From a virus (taxonomy: Duplodnaviria; Caudoviricetes): DNA of 37,135 bases. A program made the position numbers and the translations under genes. The DNA is taken from positions 1 to 37,135 of IMG/VR virus record IMGVR_UViG_3300018080_000352; one strand, given 5' to 3'. Below the pieces are notes generated by a model. It was given only the letters and a program-made list of their open reading frames with translations, searched no databases and was not told where the DNA came from. Positions 34,996-37,135 of the stretch are shown here, piece by piece (position 1 is the stretch's first letter; each line of letters begins with the position of its first letter).

Positions 34996-35040
34996 TAGCG
35001 GGAAGGGGACGCTTTTCCTTCAGCATCCCCGACCCACTAG
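34996..35040 (-). other. Intergenic stem-loop without U-tail
   Basis: CTAGTGGG-TC-GGGGATGCT / AGCGTCCCC-TT-CCCGCTAG, with two G-U pairs on the minus strand. Confidence 0.6.
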
Positions 35041-35056
35041 CCACCTGTACATTCGA

Positions 35057-35593
35057 CTACTTGCCGATCGGCAGACTGATTTCCAATCGACCTTGCTTGA
35101 CGACAATGAACTCGTCGGTGCGTTCGATTTCCACGTCAGTGTCTATACAGGGTGTTTGCTTCATCTCCCTCAGTCGGTTTCGCAGTCCCAGCAATTGGCT
35201 TCGCAGTCCTGTCACTACATCTTCCTGCGTAGCGACCAGATCGTTGGCATGGCCGAGCTTCTCTTGCAGTTCTGCGACCTGCTTCTGCAACTTCATGTTC
35301 TCCCAACCCTTGTCGGCTACCAAGGTGTCCAGACGAGCATTCTCCTCGCGGAGTCCTTCAAGTTCGTCGTTGTTGTCCGCCAGGTCCTTTTTAGGACCAG
35401 TCACTTCGGCATGGTCGCATGGCCACCCGGACGGTGACTTCTCGGAGAAGTCAACAGTGTGCAGGTTCGTGTAAGCCAAGCACTTGTCACAGTGCGGCAC
35501 TGAGAAAACGACAGCGTCCGACCCCTTGTACTTCGTGGCTTCCAGCTTGTTCCCGCAACGAGCACAGACGAATCTGGTTGGTACCATTGTCAT
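35057..35593 (-). CDS. Zn-ribbon plus coiled-coil protein
   Basis: CARC...CDKC followed by heptad repeats. Confidence 0.6.
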   Translation of the reverse strand: MTMVPTRFVCARCGNKLEATKYKGSDAVVFSVPHCDKCLAYTNLHTVDFSEKSPSGWPCDHAEVTGPKKDLADNNDELEGLREENARLDTLVADKGWENMKLQKQVAELQEKLGHANDLVATQEDVVTGLRSQLLGLRNRLREMKQTPCIDTDVEIERTDEFIVVKQGRLEISLPIGK

Positions 35594-35619
35594 AGTTTTT
35601 GGCCTTGTCTGATTAGTGA

Positions 35620-36192
35620 TTAGTGATCAGTAGTAGGGGTAGATTCAACATCCTCTACTGGTAGTAGTTTTGCCCCAAGCTCTGTTGGAGCTAACAAACC
35701 AAGCTCTTGCAGATACTCCAGGCCCTCTGCCACGGTGTCAACTGGGATCACGTTGAAGTCGACAGAACCGTGGTGTTCGTGTCGTCCCTCGAACGCAACT
35801 CTGGCCGTCTCGGACCAGTCCTCTCTAGCCATCGTGGTGAGCCATCGTATCGGACTGCTCGCCTTGACCGATGCTTCGGCCAGTACGCGAGCGTTTGACC
35901 GTGCCTCCATGACAGTGCTGTAGAACATGCCGTAGATGTTGTCCAGTTCGCCCTCTTCTAGGGCTTGTTCACCGGCGGACATCCATTTGGTCCAAGTACT
36001 TCTGGCTATCCCCAAAGCCGTGGCTGCTACGTAGTCGGTTGCACCCAGCCGTATCAACTCTAGGACACGCTCCAGAAGTTCCGGCGGCATACGTTCCAGC
36101 TTACTGAGTCGACGCTGATCCTTCGACCTGGCTTTAAGAAGCTGGCGAATGGTTCGAGGGCGACTTTTTTGGGCGGTGTTTTGTTCACTCAT
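35620..36192 (-). CDS. terS: Terminase small subunit (HTH)
   Basis: LIRLGATDYVAATALGIARSTWTKW HTH, ARSNARV, RWLTTMAREDW, EHHGSVDF; upstream of terL. Confidence 0.75.
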   Translation of the reverse strand: MSEQNTAQKSRPRTIRQLLKARSKDQRRLSKLERMPPELLERVLELIRLGATDYVAATALGIARSTWTKWMSAGEQALEEGELDNIYGMFYSTVMEARSNARVLAEASVKASSPIRWLTTMAREDWSETARVAFEGRHEHHGSVDFNVIPVDTVAEGLEYLQELGLLAPTELGAKLLPVEDVESTPTTDH

Positions 36193-36198
36193 GTTGTG

Positions 36199-36228
36199 AG
36201 CCTAACAAAAACAGTCAGAACGTGTCAA
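36199..36228 (-). promoter_or_regulatory. Sigma70-like promoter, probably leaderless terS mRNA
   Basis: TTGACA-18-TAGGCT with TG extension; ATG 6 nt downstream; no SD. Confidence 0.6.
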
Positions 36229-36245
36229 GTCTGAGGCAGAAAGTT

Positions 36246-36434
36246 TTAGGGTTTGTCGGTTTTGTCTCCTTCCATTGATTTAAGGTGGCGTCTGGCGGCA
36301 CCCAGGTACAAGTAGATGTCGTTCATGTGTCCTAAGTACCGCACTCGTCGGGACTTAGGAATGCCTTCAAAAACTTCGGTAGCCGTTTTCTCAATCTCCT
36401 CCGTCTCTTCAAGTGTGAATTCACCTTGAGCCAT
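36246..36434 (-). CDS. Small hypothetical protein
   Basis: TAAGGAG RBS. Confidence 0.6.
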   Translation of the reverse strand: MAQGEFTLEETEEIEKTATEVFEGIPKSRRVRYLGHMNDIYLYLGAARRHLKSMEGDKTDKP

Positions 36435-36460
36435 AACTCGTTACTCCTTAAAGGGTTACC

Positions 36461-36501
36461 AAAAAAACAAGGGCTGCTGCCTCGATTGAGACAACAGCCC
36501 T
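36461..36501 (-). terminator. Intrinsic terminator
   Basis: AGGGCTGTTGTCTC-AATC-GAGGCAGCAGCCCT (14 bp, 2 G-U), then TGTTTTTTT. Confidence 0.8.
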
Positions 36502-36521
36502 ACTTTGCTTGGGACTAAAGG

Positions 36522-36722
36522 CTACTTCTTCGTCCGCCTTTTGTAGGCCGCAACGCCACTGCGAATCTCCGCAGCCGACATTCGGCCAACCCCCTTGACG
36601 TTGACGTACGCACGCCCACCGCCTTTGACTCGGCTGATGGCAGCACTGTTGGCAGCCGACTGAGCGGTTCGCATGGCGAGCATGGAGGGGGTACCAAATT
36701 CCCACTTGTTTCCAAAAATCAT
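36522..36722 (-). CDS. Small basic protein
   Basis: AGGAG RBS; followed by a strong terminator. Confidence 0.6.
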   Translation of the reverse strand: MIFGNKWEFGTPSMLAMRTAQSAANSAAISRVKGGGRAYVNVKGVGRMSAAEIRSGVAAYKRRTKK

Positions 36723-36732
36723 CTGACTTCTC

Positions 36733-37101
36733 CTAAAGATGGATCACGTTGGCTAGGTAGTCTGATACTGGGTCTGACTCCTCCATCAGTTTAGTCAAAA
36801 TCTGGTCCGCCGTCAATACTAAATGTTTCCTCGTAAGTGGATTCCATTTAACTGCATCCGATCTTACTGGAGAATTAGTAACGAAATCTTTAAGAAGCGG
36901 ATCAGCAAGAGGGTGTGTCCAGCCTGGTGACTGGCAAATATGGATCAACTGGACCTCCCCGGCGGGGCAGGGAAAACCCAGTTCCGGAAGGTGCGTGCTT
37001 GAGCACATCAACGTGGGCCAGTAAGAATTATTGACCCTCGCCGCCTCAAACTTTAACACGGCATCGTTGGGCAGAACGAGTGAGCTTTTACGGCCCGTCA
37101 C
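36733..37101 (-). CDS. Hypothetical protein
   Basis: 122-aa ORF on the coding strand; weak start signal. Confidence 0.45.
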   Translation of the reverse strand: MTGRKSSLVLPNDAVLKFEAARVNNSYWPTLMCSSTHLPELGFPCPAGEVQLIHICQSPGWTHPLADPLLKDFVTNSPVRSDAVKWNPLTRKHLVLTADQILTKLMEESDPVSDYLANVIHL

Positions 37102-37135
37102 TTCTTGCCAATGCCTTAACCAGGTATCACATCCG

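Noticed and set aside
1-37135. Stop-codon reassignment, DGR or retron, Mu-type transposition
   Set aside because: Conserved genes are intact with all three stops in use; no reverse transcriptase, template/variable repeat pair or transposase was seen.

Overview
About 37 kb of a tailed dsDNA phage genome (Caudoviricetes-like, standard genetic code, almost all genes on the minus strand, not complete). Bases 1-5.4 kb hold a replication/recombination module: a PolA-type 3'-5' exonuclease cut off at the window edge, an SSB-like protein, a Sak4/AAA_24 ATPase, a PD-(D/E)XK nuclease, a family-4 UDG and DUF932. Small early-type genes occupy 5.3-8.3 kb, a 1.1 kb non-coding control region 8.3-9.4 kb, a rearranged morphogenesis module 10-31 kb, and terL/terS with small genes 31-37 kb. 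The morphogenesis module has a Mu-like portal, protease and neck, a lambda E/D-like capsid and decoration protein, a tail tube, a short tape measure, a frameshifting chaperone and a YadA-like fibre. The most unusual signal is at 6.3-8.9 kb. A leftward transcript appears to start with a roughly 570-nt highly structured leader, followed by three abutting gene cassettes. Each cassette is enclosed by its own distinct 25-26 bp long-range inverted repeat, and each upstream arm can instead fold onto the translation-initiation region of the enclosed gene. Other notable signals are a strand-biased 13-bp motif (TTYCTGGAAGGAA) spread over 9.4-34 kb, a palindrome cluster at 13.26-13.43 kb, an uncalled 30-aa protamine-like ORF and basic disordered tails on many replication proteins. 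No integrase, CRISPR, tRNA, reverse transcriptase or endolysin was recognised. All protein calls are motif recognition by eye; no searches were run.
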